Part shown: piece by piece, positions 21,528 through 31,946 of the stretch
How positions within the stretch are numbered: position 1 is the first letter of the stretch
How the letters are laid out: every line of letters begins with the position of its first letter
Origin: Myxococcota bacterium
GTDB taxonomy: Bacteria; Myxococcota_A; UBA9160; UBA4427
DNA: 32,717 nt
Reading direction: 5' to 3'
Assembly: GCA_036336835.1 (NCBI GenBank)
Contig: JAYZFK010000047.1
Coordinates: 1 to 32,717 of the forward strand
Notes under the pieces: model-generated
The model's database searches: none
What the model was told of the DNA's origin: nothing
The model's input: the letters and a program-made list of their open reading frames with translations, nothing else
Translations under genes and position numbers: made by a program

Positions 21528-23318
21528 CTAACACCGCTCCAACGCCTCGCCGCGGCCCGGCTGCTCGCCGCGTGAGGGAACGCGAATGCGTTCGACGAGT
21601 TCGCGCACCTGTCCCGAGGGCGGGGGCGTCAGCATACTCACGCCCATCGCCACGCCGAAGTTCAACAACGCACCCAGCGCTCCGATTCCCTCCGGCGAGA
21701 TTCCGAAGAGCCAGTTCTCGCGCACGTTCTCGGCAAAGGGCGCCACGAACACGCCCTTGAAGTACACGATGTATCCGAGGGTAAATGCCAGGCCGCTCAG
21801 CATGCCAGCGATCGCCCCTTGTTTGTTCACGCGGAAGCTGAATATCCCGAGCAGGATGGCCGGGAACAGCGACGCCGCTGCGAGCCCGAAAGCCAGCGCC
21901 ACCACCTGGGCGACGAAGCCCGGCGGGTTGTAGCCGAGGTAGCCCGCCACGAGAATCGCAACCCCCGCGCTGATGCGGCCGGCGGTCAGCTCGCCGCGTT
22001 CGCTGACCTGACGCGCGAACACGCCCTTCAGCAGGTCGTGCGACACTGCCGAGGAGATCACGAGCAACAGGCCGGCGGCCGTCGACAACGCCGCGGCGAT
22101 TCCACCGGCAGCCACCAGCGCGACGACCCAGTCCGGGAGCCCCGCGATCTCCGGGTTCGCGAGCACGATGATGTCCCTGTCGACGCGCAGCTCGTTTCCG
22201 CGCCAGCCGTAGGCCAGGGCGTCGGCCGCGAACTCCGCGTTCGAATCGTCGTAGTATTGGATACGCCCGTCGCCGTTCTTGTCCTCGAACTGCAGGAGGC
22301 GCGTCTCTTCCCACGTCTTGAACCAGGTCGGGCGATCCTCGTAGGCCAGGTTGCCATCGGCCTCACCGACCGGCCCCGGCTGGATCGTCTGCGTCAGGTT
22401 CAGCCGTGCGAGCGCTGCGACGGCGGGCGCCGTGGTGTAGAGGATCGCGATGAACAGCAGCGCCCAGCCCGCGGACATACGCGCGTCGCGTACGCGGGGC
22501 ACCGTGAAGAAGCGCACGATGACGTGCGGCAACCCCGCGGTTCCGATCATCAGCGCGAGCGTGATGAAGAAGACGTCGACGCGACTCCGGGTGCCACTCG
22601 TGTACGCCGCGAAACCGAGATCGGTCACCACGCGGTCGAGCTTGCCCAGCAGGAAGCCGCCGCCATCGACGACGGCACTGCCAAAAGCGAGTTGCGGGAT
22701 GGGTGTTCCGGTCACCTGCAGCGATATGAAGGCAGCCGGTACCGTGTACGCGAAGATCAGCACACAGTACTGCGCCACCTGCGTGTACGTAATGCCCTTC
22801 ATGCCCCCGACGACCGCGTAGAAGAAGACGATCGCCATGCCGACCATGAGACCGACCGAGATCTCGACGTTGAGAAAACGCGAGAACACGATCCCCACGC
22901 CTCGCATCTGCCCCGCTACGTAGGTGAAGGAGATGATGATCAGGCAGAGGACCGCAACGATCCGAGCCGCTTGCGAGTCGTAGCGCTCGCCGATGAACTC
23001 GGGCACGGTGAATTTCCCGAATCTCCGCAGATACGGAGCGATCAGCAGCGCGAGCAGGACGTATCCGCCGGTCCAACCCATCAGATAGACCGAGCCGTCG
23101 TAGCCGAGGAAGGCGATCAACCCGGCCATCGAGATGAAGGAGGCGGCGGACATCCAATCTGCGGCGGTGGCCATCCCGTTTGCCACCGGATGCACGTGCT
23201 TGCCCGCGACGTAGAACTCCCCGGTGCTCCGTGCCTGCGACAGGAGCGCAATCGCGATGTAGAGCGCAAAGGACGCGCCAACGACGAGATAGGTGAGCGT
23301 TTGCAGCTCCACGCTCAA
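21528..23318 (-). CDS. Sodium:solute symporter, cation/acetate symporter ActP-like (VC_2705-type)
   Basis: NGMATAADWMSAASF, GWTGGYVLLALLIAPYLRRFGKFTVPEFIGERY, GGMKGITYTQVAQY, GTAGLPHVIVRFFTVP and DIIVLANPEIAGLP, with an EF-hand-like loop DKNGDGRIQY. Start is TTG23318 or GTG23312. Confidence 0.92.
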   Translation of the reverse strand: MSVELQTLTYLVVGASFALYIAIALLSQARSTGEFYVAGKHVHPVANGMATAADWMSAASFISMAGLIAFLGYDGSVYLMGWTGGYVLLALLIAPYLRRFGKFTVPEFIGERYDSQAARIVAVLCLIIISFTYVAGQMRGVGIVFSRFLNVEISVGLMVGMAIVFFYAVVGGMKGITYTQVAQYCVLIFAYTVPAAFISLQVTGTPIPQLAFGSAVVDGGGFLLGKLDRVVTDLGFAAYTSGTRSRVDVFFITLALMIGTAGLPHVIVRFFTVPRVRDARMSAGWALLFIAILYTTAPAVAALARLNLTQTIQPGPVGEADGNLAYEDRPTWFKTWEETRLLQFEDKNGDGRIQYYDDSNAEFAADALAYGWRGNELRVDRDIIVLANPEIAGLPDWVVALVAAGGIAAALSTAAGLLLVISSAVSHDLLKGVFARQVSERGELTAGRISAGVAILVAGYLGYNPPGFVAQVVALAFGLAAASLFPAILLGIFSFRVNKQGAIAGMLSGLAFTLGYIVYFKGVFVAPFAENVRENWLFGISPEGIGALGALLNFGVAMGVSMLTPPPSGQVRELVERIRVPSRGEQPGRGEALERC

Positions 23319-23563
23319 TCCTCGTCGACGCCGTGGTCACGGTCGATCGCCGCCATCCGCCGCGCGTAGAAGAAGATCAACGCGACGAAGACGTAGATGC
23401 TGCCCTGCTGAGCGAACCAGAAGCCGAGTCGAACACCAGCCACCTCGATCTGGTTCAGCTGGTCGAGCAGCAGGATGCCGAAGCCGAACGACACCACGAA
23501 CCAGATGGTGAGACACAGGCCAACGAGCCGCAGATTGTCACGCCAATGCGTCCGCTTTCTCAT
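23315..23563 (-). CDS. DUF4212 small membrane subunit of the solute:sodium symporter
   Basis: HWRDNLRL...IWFVVSFGFGIL...LGFWFAQQGSIYVFVALIFFYARRM..ID. Its stop abuts or overlaps the symporter start. Confidence 0.92.
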   Translation of the reverse strand: MRKRTHWRDNLRLVGLCLTIWFVVSFGFGILLLDQLNQIEVAGVRLGFWFAQQGSIYVFVALIFFYARRMAAIDRDHGVDED

Positions 23564-23897
23564 CCCCGGCTCTCGCTAGGCGGCGGTGTCAACCGGTCAC
23601 CCCAGATACGATGATCGTGACTCTCCCGCGAGCGCTGCGGACGGACGCGGATCTGCTCGCGGCTGATCGGATCGAGGGCTCCACCGCGGGCTCTGGGCGA
23701 TCCCGGACACCGCGCAGCCACCCTCGGGCTGCCTCCGATGGCCGGCCCTACTGATCGCGAGAGCAGCCTACCGCAAGCGCCTGCCTCGGGTGGTGGGCGA
23801 CACCGCTTCGTGCGGGAGCCGCCCCTGCGCGAATCCCGTCGCGCTGCTCCGCATTCGAGGGGGCCCTCTCGGCAAGGCCGCAGACCGCCGGCCCAGC

Positions 23898-23926
23898 TTG
23901 ACAGCTGTACCATCCGGACGGTACAG
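23898..23926 (+). promoter_or_regulatory. -35 box TTGACA followed by a 22-bp palindromic TetR operator
   Basis: TTGACA at 23898-23903. CTGTACCATCCGGACGGTACAG at 23905-23926 is self-complementary at 20/22 positions and ends 11 nt before the tetR start. Confidence 0.75.
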
Positions 23927-23937
23927 ATTCGAGCACC

Positions 23938-24480
23938 GTGGCGAGTTCTCGTGAGCGCATCCTCGATGCTGCCGAAGGCCGGCTGCTGGCCGGTGGACCG
24001 TCGAGCCTCGTGCTGGAGGCCGTCGCCGAGGATGCGGGCATCAGCAAGGGCGGCTTGCTGTACCACTTCGGCTCCAAAGAGGCCCTGGTGGCCGGACTCT
24101 GCGCGCGCATGCTGGAGCGCTTCGACTGCGAGCTCGAGCGCCTCTACAAGGCTGCGTCCGAGCGCCCGGGTGCGTGGACCCGGGCCTATCTGGATTCGAC
24201 CGTCACCGACGAGGGCAACCCCGCAGACAATTCGGCCCAGCTGATGGCCGGCATCCTGGCCATGCTGGGTCGCGACTCGGCCCATCTCGAAGCCGTGCGC
24301 GAGCACTTCGGTCGCTGGCACGAGCGCCTTGCGACGGACGCCATCGACCCGACGACGGCGACCATCGTGCGGCTGGCCGCCGACGGCCTCTGGCTCTCCG
24401 CGCTGCTGGGGCTCCCCGGGCTGGACGCGCAGGCCGGCCCGGAGACGATCCGGGCGCTGCGCGAGCTGACCCGCCCATGA
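23938..24480 (+). CDS. TetR family regulator (CgmR-like C-terminal domain)
   Basis: RERILDAAE...[25 protein letters not shown] is the HTH. C-terminal GAWTRAYL...[20 protein letters not shown] overlap with the next gene. Confidence 0.9.
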   Translation: MASSRERILDAAEGRLLAGGPSSLVLEAVAEDAGISKGGLLYHFGSKEALVAGLCARMLERFDCELERLYKAASERPGAWTRAYLDSTVTDEGNPADNSAQLMAGILAMLGRDSAHLEAVREHFGRWHERLATDAIDPTTATIVRLAADGLWLSALLGLPGLDAQAGPETIRALRELTRP

Positions 24481-26147
24481 AGGCAAGCTACGACTTCGTG
24501 ATCGTCGGCGGCGGCTCGGCTGGGTGCGCGCTGGCCCACCACCTCAGCGCCGATCCCGAGCGGCGCGTCCTGGTGCTCGAGGCCGGTCGGCCCGACGCGT
24601 GGTGGGACGTCCTGATCCACATGCCGGCCGCACTGGCGCTGCCGCTGGGCAACCGTTTCTACGACTGGGGCTACCGGTCGGAGCCGGAGCCGCACATGGC
24701 CGGGCGCGAGATCTATCACGCGCGGGGCAAGCTGCTCGGCGGATCGAGCAGCATCAACGGGATGATCTTTCAGCGAGGCAACCCGCTCGACTACGACGGC
24801 TGGGCGCGGCGGCCGGGCCTCGAGCGCTGGAGCTACGCCCACTGCCTGCCGTACTTCAAGCGGATGGAAGCAGTCGACGAGGGCGACGACGCGTTTCGCG
24901 GTCGTGAAGGCCCGCTCGCGCTCGAGCGCGGTGCCGCGCAGGGTCCCTTGTTCGACGCGTTCTTCGAGGCGGCGCGCCAGGCCGGCCACGAGCTGACCGA
25001 CGATGTGAACGGCTTTCGCCAGGAAGGGTTCGGACGCTTCGACCGAAACCTCCGGAGAGGTCGCCGCTGGAGCGCGGCACGGGCCTACCTGCGCCCGGCG
25101 ATGGGCCGCGCAAATCTCGACGTGATCTGTCGCGCGTTCGCCACTCGCATCCTGTTCGACGGACGACGCGCGGTGGGCGTCGAGTACACGCACCGTGGAC
25201 GCACTGAACGCGTGCTCGCCGGTGAGGTGATCTGCTGCGGCGGTGCGATCAACTCGCCCCAGCTGCTCCAGGTCTCGGGCGTCGGCCCCGCCGAGCCCCT
25301 GGCTGCGCTCGGCGTCGAGATCGTGCACGACCTTCCGGGAGTCGGCGAGGGCCTGCAGGACCACCTGGAGGTCTACGTTCAGCACGCCTGCAGCCAGCCG
25401 GTGTCGATGGCGCCGAACGTGTTGTGGCGCTGGCGTCCGTGGATCGGGCTTCAGTGGCTGGCCGGCACCGGGCCGGGGATGAGCAACCACTTCGAAGCGG
25501 GCGGCTTCGTGCGCAGCAACCCCTCTGTCGCCTACCCAAACCTGATGATCCACTTCCTGCCGCTCGCGATCCGTTACGACGGCACGCGGGCGACGCGAGG
25601 ACACGGCTACCAGGTGCACATCGGCCCGATGATGTCCGATGCGCGCGGCACGGTTCTCATCCGCTCCGCGGATCCGCAGGTGCCGCCTCGGCTGCGCTTC
25701 AACTACCTCTCGACCGAGCGGGACCGGCGCGAGTGGATCGAGGCGCTCGGCTGCGCACGAAACATCCTGGGCCAACGCGCCTTCCGGGAGTTCGATCGTG
25801 GTGAGCTCTCACCCGGCCCCGGGGTGGCCAAGGAAAAGGAGATCCTGAACTGGGTAGCCCGGGAAGGCGAGACCGCGCTCCATCCTTCCTGCAGCTGCCG
25901 GATGGGGACCGACGCTCTCGCAGTCGTCGATCCCTCCTCGCTTCGCGTCCACGGACTCGACGGACTGCGAGTCGTGGACGCCTCGGTGATGCCCGCGATC
26001 ACAAACGGCAACATCTATGGGCCTGTCATGATGATCGCCGAGAAAGCAGCCGACGCGATCCTGGGCCGCGACCCGCTCCCCCCGGAGCCGATCGAGACGT
26101 ACCGCGCGGTCGCATCCGGGGTAGGGTTCGAACCAGGCCCGACCTGA
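24477..26147 (+). CDS. betA: Choline dehydrogenase-like GMC oxidoreductase
   Basis: Start ATG24477. [12 protein letters not shown] (FAD), [91 protein letters not shown] and [17 protein letters not shown]. Confidence 0.85.
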   Translation: MKASYDFVIVGGGSAGCALAHHLSADPERRVLVLEAGRPDAWWDVLIHMPAALALPLGNRFYDWGYRSEPEPHMAGREIYHARGKLLGGSSSINGMIFQRGNPLDYDGWARRPGLERWSYAHCLPYFKRMEAVDEGDDAFRGREGPLALERGAAQGPLFDAFFEAARQAGHELTDDVNGFRQEGFGRFDRNLRRGRRWSAARAYLRPAMGRANLDVICRAFATRILFDGRRAVGVEYTHRGRTERVLAGEVICCGGAINSPQLLQVSGVGPAEPLAALGVEIVHDLPGVGEGLQDHLEVYVQHACSQPVSMAPNVLWRWRPWIGLQWLAGTGPGMSNHFEAGGFVRSNPSVAYPNLMIHFLPLAIRYDGTRATRGHGYQVHIGPMMSDARGTVLIRSADPQVPPRLRFNYLSTERDRREWIEALGCARNILGQRAFREFDRGELSPGPGVAKEKEILNWVAREGETALHPSCSCRMGTDALAVVDPSSLRVHGLDGLRVVDASVMPAITNGNIYGPVMMIAEKAADAILGRDPLPPEPIETYRAVASGVGFEPGPT

Positions 26148-26201
26148 TCGAGCCCGTCGAGCCCGTCGAGTCCGTCGAGCCCGTCGAGCCCGTCGAGCCC
26201 C
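26148..26201 (+). repeat. Intergenic 9-bp tandem repeat, 6 copies (TCGAGCCCG)
   Basis: Four exact copies, one TCGAGTCCG and one TCGAGCCCC. The array spans from the betA stop codon to the GAGGAG SD of the next gene. Confidence 0.93.
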
Positions 26202-26212
26202 GAGGAGAAGAC

Positions 26213-27043
26213 ATGAGCACGGTCCTGACCGACGAGCCCGCGCCGCAGGTACGACGCATCACGCTGAACCGCCCCGAGAAGCGCAACGCGCTCAACCACG
26301 ACCTGCGCGGCGGGATCATCCAAGCACTGCAGGAGGCGGACCAGGACCCGGATGTCCGCGTGATGATCGTCCGCGGCGCGGGAAAGTCGTTCTCGGCCGG
26401 CTACGACCTGGGCGGCGGAAACGCCGGGCAAGAGTTTCCGTGGTACACGCCGGCCGGGGAGGGCCACTGGCCGCGGCACGTGACCCAAGGCTGGATGAGC
26501 ATCTGGGAGCTCAGCAAGCCCGTCATCGCCCAGGTGCACGGCTTCTGTCTGGCAGGCGGCAGCGAGCTCGCCACTTGCTGCGACCTGGTCTACATGGCCG
26601 ACGACGCACAGATGGGATACCCGGCCGTGCGCTTCGGCGTGCCCGACAACCACTTCCACGCGTGGTTCGTGGGCATGCGCAAGGCGATGGAGATGATGCT
26701 CACCGGCGACTCGCTCTCGGGCGTCGAGTGCGCGCGGCTGGGCTGGGCGAACGCATCCTTCCCCGCCGAAGAGCTCGAGAAGCGGGTGCTCGAGCTGGCC
26801 GAGCGCATCGTCAGCGTGCCGGCCGACCTGGTGGCGCTCAACAAGCGGGTCGTCCATCGCCAGATGGAGATCATGGGCCTGCACACCGGTATCCGTGCCG
26901 GCTCGGAGCTCTGCGCGCTCGGGACGCACACCAAGAGCATGCACGAGTTCCTGGCGCAGACGCAGAAGAAGGGGCTGACCAAGGCCTTGCAGGAGCGCGA
27001 CGCGCCGTTTGGCGACTACCGCACCAGCGACGGCGAGAGCTGA
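26213..27043 (+). CDS. Enoyl-CoA hydratase/isomerase (crotonase) family protein
   Basis: ITLNRPEKRNAL, GAGKSFSAGYDL, KPVIAQVHGFCLAGGSELA and AMEMMLTGD. SD GAGGAG. Confidence 0.92.
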   Translation: MSTVLTDEPAPQVRRITLNRPEKRNALNHDLRGGIIQALQEADQDPDVRVMIVRGAGKSFSAGYDLGGGNAGQEFPWYTPAGEGHWPRHVTQGWMSIWELSKPVIAQVHGFCLAGGSELATCCDLVYMADDAQMGYPAVRFGVPDNHFHAWFVGMRKAMEMMLTGDSLSGVECARLGWANASFPAEELEKRVLELAERIVSVPADLVALNKRVVHRQMEIMGLHTGIRAGSELCALGTHTKSMHEFLAQTQKKGLTKALQERDAPFGDYRTSDGES

Positions 27044-29058
27044 TCGGGCAACCGCGCGGCCCCGACCGGGTCGTACCAGATCGGCGAGGTCCAGGCCCGT
27101 TCCTGAATCACCGGCGAGTAGAAGGGCTCGTCCTGCTCGGCGATACAGCACTTGCCGTAGACGTCGCCCTCGGCACCTCGCTCGTGCGCAGCCGCGGTCT
27201 GGATCGCCGCGCGCTCCGCGCAGTCGTCGCGGAAGGGGCTGACTCCCGCGGCCTGGCACTGGAGCGTGCTCCAGCGGCAGGTGGGGTTCTCGAGCACGCG
27301 AACGTAGTAGAACGCGCTCTGCGCGGGATCGAAGTCGGGGTCGGTCCACACGACGCAGAGATTGGCGAACCCGGGGCCCAGCGGCGTGCAGCGATCCGGA
27401 TCGACTGTCGCCCCGTTGTCCGCGTCCCCAGCGACCTCGAAGACGCGCTCGTGCGTCTCGCCTTCGGCGTCGACCCAACCCTTGACGATCTGGGCGCGCT
27501 GCAGGTCGGTGCCGGGATGGCCCTCGATACCGGGGTCCTTCAGCGCGCTCACCAGGAATCGGGGCGCCGGGGCGTCGGCACCCCCCGAGATTCGTCCGCC
27601 CATCGGGGTGCCCTGCTGGTAGGCGTGCTCGACCATCCGCGGCGATCCACAGAGACCGGGGTCCAGCTCCGAGCCGCCGAAGAAGCGCACGACCGGCCTC
27701 GTCCCGCTGGTCGCGTAGGTCTCCTTGCGCCGCAGACCCGCAAAGATCGAGTCCCGGGAGTTCTCCTCGGCCCAGACGACCGCGTGCCCGCCCGGGTTCG
27801 AGAAGAAGTGATCCTGGATGTTGCGGTAGCCCGAGTCGCGCCGGCCGAGATGACCGGTGTAGTTGTCTTCTTCGGCCGCGCCCGGAGTCGCGCTGTGCGT
27901 GTCGGTGCTGCCGATGAAGCCCATGACGAACGGGTTCGTACCCGTCGCCTGCTCGATCGCGAGGCCGTCCTTCAAGGCGTTCCGCACCATGTTGCGTCGC
28001 GCGAACTCCGCGAGGGGCACGGGTGCCGCGGTCTCGGCGAGGACCTCTCCGTGGACGGATCCCAGCATGGTGAGATTGTCGGCAACCACCTGCTCGAAGC
28101 TGCACAGCTCGTCTTCGGTCGCGAGACCGCGACCCAAGACGCGATCGAAGCGGCACTCGGACGCCGCCTTGTGCTGGACGAGCTCGACGAGCGGCTCGAA
28201 GAAGACGCGGTCGTCCGCTTCCTCCTTCGTCTGCGGATCGCGAAACATCAATCCACCGGCCAGATTGGAATTGTGGGGAATGGCGAGGACGTCGCACCCG
28301 GTGCCCGCATCGATGCACTGCTCGCGCAGGAGTGTCCAGAGCTTCGGGAAATTGTTCGAGCCTGTCTCGTAGGTGGAGATGGGACGGCTCGTGACGTGCT
28401 CGTTCCTGAAGATCACGTTCCGGTGCATGTTGAAAGAGTCTGGAGCGTCGGTGTACTCGTAGCCGACGAAGGTGGTGAAGCTGCAGCGTGGCGTCCGATC
28501 GTAGTATTGCTCTGCAGCCTCCTGGAGGAGCCTCCAAGTCTGGGCGCCCGCATCGCTGCAGTCCGAGAGCGTACAGGCGAACGATCTGGCGGTTTCGCCG
28601 CCGGTTACTCCGAGAGAGATCCACCAGCTGGCGGCCAGCAGCTGCGTCCAGAAGTGCGAAGACCGCGTCATCACGCAGTGCGGCCACCAGTATCCCAGCC
28701 TCCAGGCGTCGGTGGTACAGACATTGATCTGGCCGAGGAACTCGGAATGGTCGGTGACCGAGGCGAAGTCCAGGGGCCGCTGGATCCGCGCGACGAGGTT
28801 CGGCTCGCCGTCTTCGTCGGGCAGCGTGATCGGCGCCCCCATCGCGTAGCGATATGCGTCACTCGGGTCGTTGCGCTGACTGGAGATGTAGGAATCGAAC
28901 GAGTAGCTCGTATGGACGTGCAGATCCCCGAACATCGGGCGCCTGAGCGGGGCATAGCGCGCGCAGGGCTCGCGGTCCTCAGTGCGCTCGAAGGGCAGCT
29001 GCTCTGCTCGGGCAACGCCAAGTGATGGGAGCAGCAGGCAGCACAGCAGCCCCGACAT
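27016..29058 (-). CDS. DUF3604 family exported PHP-like metalloprotein
   Basis: Signal-peptide-like start (ATG29058 or GTG29076). FGDLHVHTSYSFD, LDFASVTDHSE, GYEYT, MHRNVIFR, IPHNSN, GFIGSTDTH, RKETYATSG, FYYVRVLENPTCRWS and IQERAWTSPIWY. The 3' end overlaps the crotonase gene by 28 nt. Confidence 0.88.
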   Translation of the reverse strand: MSGLLCCLLLPSLGVARAEQLPFERTEDREPCARYAPLRRPMFGDLHVHTSYSFDSYISSQRNDPSDAYRYAMGAPITLPDEDGEPNLVARIQRPLDFASVTDHSEFLGQINVCTTDAWRLGYWWPHCVMTRSSHFWTQLLAASWWISLGVTGGETARSFACTLSDCSDAGAQTWRLLQEAAEQYYDRTPRCSFTTFVGYEYTDAPDSFNMHRNVIFRNEHVTSRPISTYETGSNNFPKLWTLLREQCIDAGTGCDVLAIPHNSNLAGGLMFRDPQTKEEADDRVFFEPLVELVQHKAASECRFDRVLGRGLATEDELCSFEQVVADNLTMLGSVHGEVLAETAAPVPLAEFARRNMVRNALKDGLAIEQATGTNPFVMGFIGSTDTHSATPGAAEEDNYTGHLGRRDSGYRNIQDHFFSNPGGHAVVWAEENSRDSIFAGLRRKETYATSGTRPVVRFFGGSELDPGLCGSPRMVEHAYQQGTPMGGRISGGADAPAPRFLVSALKDPGIEGHPGTDLQRAQIVKGWVDAEGETHERVFEVAGDADNGATVDPDRCTPLGPGFANLCVVWTDPDFDPAQSAFYYVRVLENPTCRWSTLQCQAAGVSPFRDDCAERAAIQTAAAHERGAEGDVYGKCCIAEQDEPFYSPVIQERAWTSPIWYDPVGAARLPDQLSPSLVR

Positions 29059-29261
29059 GGTGTCTGCACTCTTCACGCGCTCGCGACCCCCGTAGCGCCC
29101 GATCGAATCGGATGCGCGGAACCATACAAGGTGGGCATCCGGAGCGATACTACGGGTGCGCCCGTCGGAGCAGGCCGCAAGCGCCGCGCGATCGAATCGA
29201 ATTCCCTTCCGAGCCACCGATCGGCTAGCCTGTGCGGCCCGCCTCGGCTTCGGAGTGCCGC

Positions 29262-29600
29262 GTGAACAAGGACCGCGATCGAGACCTGCAGTCGCTGCTC
29301 CGGGCCGTCGTCGACGAGGACGTGCCCGAGCCCCCGACCAGCCCCTTCGCACGCCAGCTGAGTACCCGTCTGGCAGAAGCCTTCGCGGCGATGCGCAGCG
29401 AGGGCGTCATCGAGGTAGAAGAGGACAGGATCGACGCGCTCGTCGCCGAGGTGACCGAGGCCGGACTCGACTCTCATTCTCCCAAGCACATGCTCAAGAA
29501 GGTGATCCGCACGATGATCGAGAGCGATGTCGTCGACGAAGTCTACGGAACCGACGAAGTAATCGCGGCCTCGCTGCGCCGCTTCCTCGACCCCGCCTGA
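29262..29600 (+). CDS. Small acidic hypothetical protein
   Basis: GTG29262 with SD GGAG. The 112-aa sequence looks helical, and codon usage matches neighbouring genes. Family not recognised. Confidence 0.7.
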   Translation: MNKDRDRDLQSLLRAVVDEDVPEPPTSPFARQLSTRLAEAFAAMRSEGVIEVEEDRIDALVAEVTEAGLDSHSPKHMLKKVIRTMIESDVVDEVYGTDEVIAASLRRFLDPA

Positions 29601-29628
29601 GCACAGCGCCGCAGGCGGGTGACGCGCC

Positions 29629-31923
29629 GTGATGCCCTGGTCGGTCAGCGCCGCAAGCTCGCTCATCTGGGCCGGCCTGCTCGGCTGGCTACTGCTCGAT
29701 GCAGGCTGTCGCGGAGCACGACGGCTCGGCATCCGACAGCCCGCGTCGCAGCGGTTGCTCGGGGGCGCCATCCTGGGAGCTGCAGGCCTCTGGCTGTGGC
29801 TCCTGCTGCTCGGCGCCTTCTCCGCCCTCGGGCCGCGCAGCGCCGCAGTGGGCGTGGTTGCTGCGTTCGCAGCCCTGCGCGCCCGCGATCCCGCCCCCGG
29901 TGCCATCCCGACAGGACGCGCACTCGCGCTCCTGCTCGGCCGCGCCCGGCGCGGCCGGCTGGCTCGCGCCGGGGCGTGGCTGCTCGCGGCCGTGTTCGCG
30001 CTCGTCTTGATCGAGGGGCTCCGGCGGCCAGTCTTCGACTTCGACACCCTGTCCTACCACCTCCCCTTCACCGCGCGTGTGCTCGACACCGCAACGCTCC
30101 CACACGTCGACACTCCGTTTGGCGACCCCGCAGCCGCCTATCAACCCCGGACCGAGCACGTACTGCGCGCGGTGCTGGCGCCACTGCGCGGCCACGAGCA
30201 GCTGGTCTGGATCGGCGCCTTTCCGCACCTCGCGCTGCTGTGGCTCGGCGTCTACGTCGCTGCGCGCTCGCTCGGCGCGCGACGCGCGCAGGCGCTGTGG
30301 GGTGCGGCGAGCACGCTGCTCGCAACCGTCACCCTCTCGCAGGCGGCGGACTCCCTGGTCGACCTCGCCGTGGCGTCGTGGTGGATCGCGGCCGCCGCTT
30401 GTCTGCTCGCCTGGCAACGCGGGATCGATCGCCCCGCGCTGCCACTCGTGGCGGGGCTCGCGCTCGGCTTCGCCTTCGGCACCAAGTACCTGGCGATCGC
30501 GCTCGCCCCCCTGCTGGCGCTCATCCTCGGACCGGCGTTGGCGCGCCGTCGGACGCCGCGGCACTGGGCGGCGCTCGCGACGGGTGCGATCGCGACGGGG
30601 GGCTTCTTCTACCTGCGCAACTGGGTCTGGACCGGCAACCCGGTATATCCCTTACGTGTCGAGCTGCTGGGGTGGGGACTGCTCGATGGACCAATCGCGC
30701 CCGACGACATGACCGCCTGGGTCTTCAACGCGAGCAGACTGGACGCGGCGCCGCTGCTCGAGCGCCTCGCGGAGTTCGCGGGACCTCTCGTGGGCAACGC
30801 GCGCAACGACGATCTGCCCCGAGACGTGCTGACGACCGCAACGCTGGCACTGGTACCGGTAGGACTGTGGCTCGGTGGAACGCTCAGCGTGCTGCGTCGG
30901 CCGGCGGGGCTCTGCTTCGCCGCCGTCGCGCCCGCGGCGCTCCTGCTCTGCTGGTTCGCCGTGCCCTTCACGTACGGGCGCTTCGCCATCATTGCCACGG
31001 GTGCAGTGGGCGTGATGGCAGCGCTGGCCGGACGTCGCCGTGCAGGCCCCTTGGCAGGCGCGGTCATCGTCGGCCTGCTCGCACAGTGCGCGCTCGTGCT
31101 CGACCGCTGGCACGTGATGCTCGCGGGGGCCCTGATCGTCTCGGGCGCGGGAGTCGTCGCCGTTGCGCGGCTTCCGGCGTCGCTTCGCCTGCGGGCCTGG
31201 CGCGCCGGTCTGTCGGGAACCGCTGTACTGCTGGTGGCGATCGCGGCAAGCAGCCGACCGAGCATCCTCGGCACGGCCCCCGAATCCTGGCAGAAGGGAC
31301 TGCGGCGCATCGACGCCCTCCCGAGAGAGGCGCGCATCGCCTATACGGGCAACAACGTCCCCTATGTGCTGCGCGGCAACATCGGGCGCGCCGTCGAGCA
31401 CGTCCCGCTCGACGGCGACCTGGCGGGACGATTCGACACCCGGGCATCGCGCTGGGCCGCGGCCGGGCTCGCTCCCGCCATCTCTCCGAGTCCGGGCTTC
31501 GACCGCGGCGTGCAGGACGCGGATGCCTGGCTCGGCGCGCTCCGCGAGGCAGAGATCGATCTCCTGGTGGTGACGGCGATCGGCGGGCTTCAGCTCGTGC
31601 AGGTGAGACACGACGAGCACGGCTTCCCGGTGGAGGAGGCGTGGGCCCGCGCCGCCGCACCCGCGCTCGAGCTGTTGCAGGCGGACGATGTCATGCGCAT
31701 CTACACCCTGCATCCCCAGCACGAGCCCGCGGCGCCGTTACCGGCCCGGCGCCAACGCCGGGAGCCGGACGCCTTTGCGCTCCTGCCACACGGCAAGGCG
31801 CTCGAGCGTCACTACCCGCTCGGGGTCGAGGAAATTGCCCACCCGAGGTACGGGCGCGTCCGCTCGCGGGTGGAAGCGATGGTGGCGGCGGGAATCGACC
31901 CGCGTCGAGGAGAGGGGCCTTAG
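29629..31923 (+). CDS. Polytopic membrane protein, GT-C (ArnT/PMT-like) glycosyltransferase
   Basis: Many hydrophobic segments, with FDTLSYHLP, DLA, GLALGFAFGTKY and FYLRNWVWTGNPVYP, typical of uncharacterised GT39-like proteins. Confidence 0.72.
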   Translation: MMPWSVSAASSLIWAGLLGWLLLDAGCRGARRLGIRQPASQRLLGGAILGAAGLWLWLLLLGAFSALGPRSAAVGVVAAFAALRARDPAPGAIPTGRALALLLGRARRGRLARAGAWLLAAVFALVLIEGLRRPVFDFDTLSYHLPFTARVLDTATLPHVDTPFGDPAAAYQPRTEHVLRAVLAPLRGHEQLVWIGAFPHLALLWLGVYVAARSLGARRAQALWGAASTLLATVTLSQAADSLVDLAVASWWIAAAACLLAWQRGIDRPALPLVAGLALGFAFGTKYLAIALAPLLALILGPALARRRTPRHWAALATGAIATGGFFYLRNWVWTGNPVYPLRVELLGWGLLDGPIAPDDMTAWVFNASRLDAAPLLERLAEFAGPLVGNARNDDLPRDVLTTATLALVPVGLWLGGTLSVLRRPAGLCFAAVAPAALLLCWFAVPFTYGRFAIIATGAVGVMAALAGRRRAGPLAGAVIVGLLAQCALVLDRWHVMLAGALIVSGAGVVAVARLPASLRLRAWRAGLSGTAVLLVAIAASSRPSILGTAPESWQKGLRRIDALPREARIAYTGNNVPYVLRGNIGRAVEHVPLDGDLAGRFDTRASRWAAAGLAPAISPSPGFDRGVQDADAWLGALREAEIDLLVVTAIGGLQLVQVRHDEHGFPVEEAWARAAAPALELLQADDVMRIYTLHPQHEPAAPLPARRQRREPDAFALLPHGKALERHYPLGVEEIAHPRYGRVRSRVEAMVAAGIDPRRGEGP

Positions 31924-31946
31924 GCGGCGCGGGGGCCGGGCTGCAC

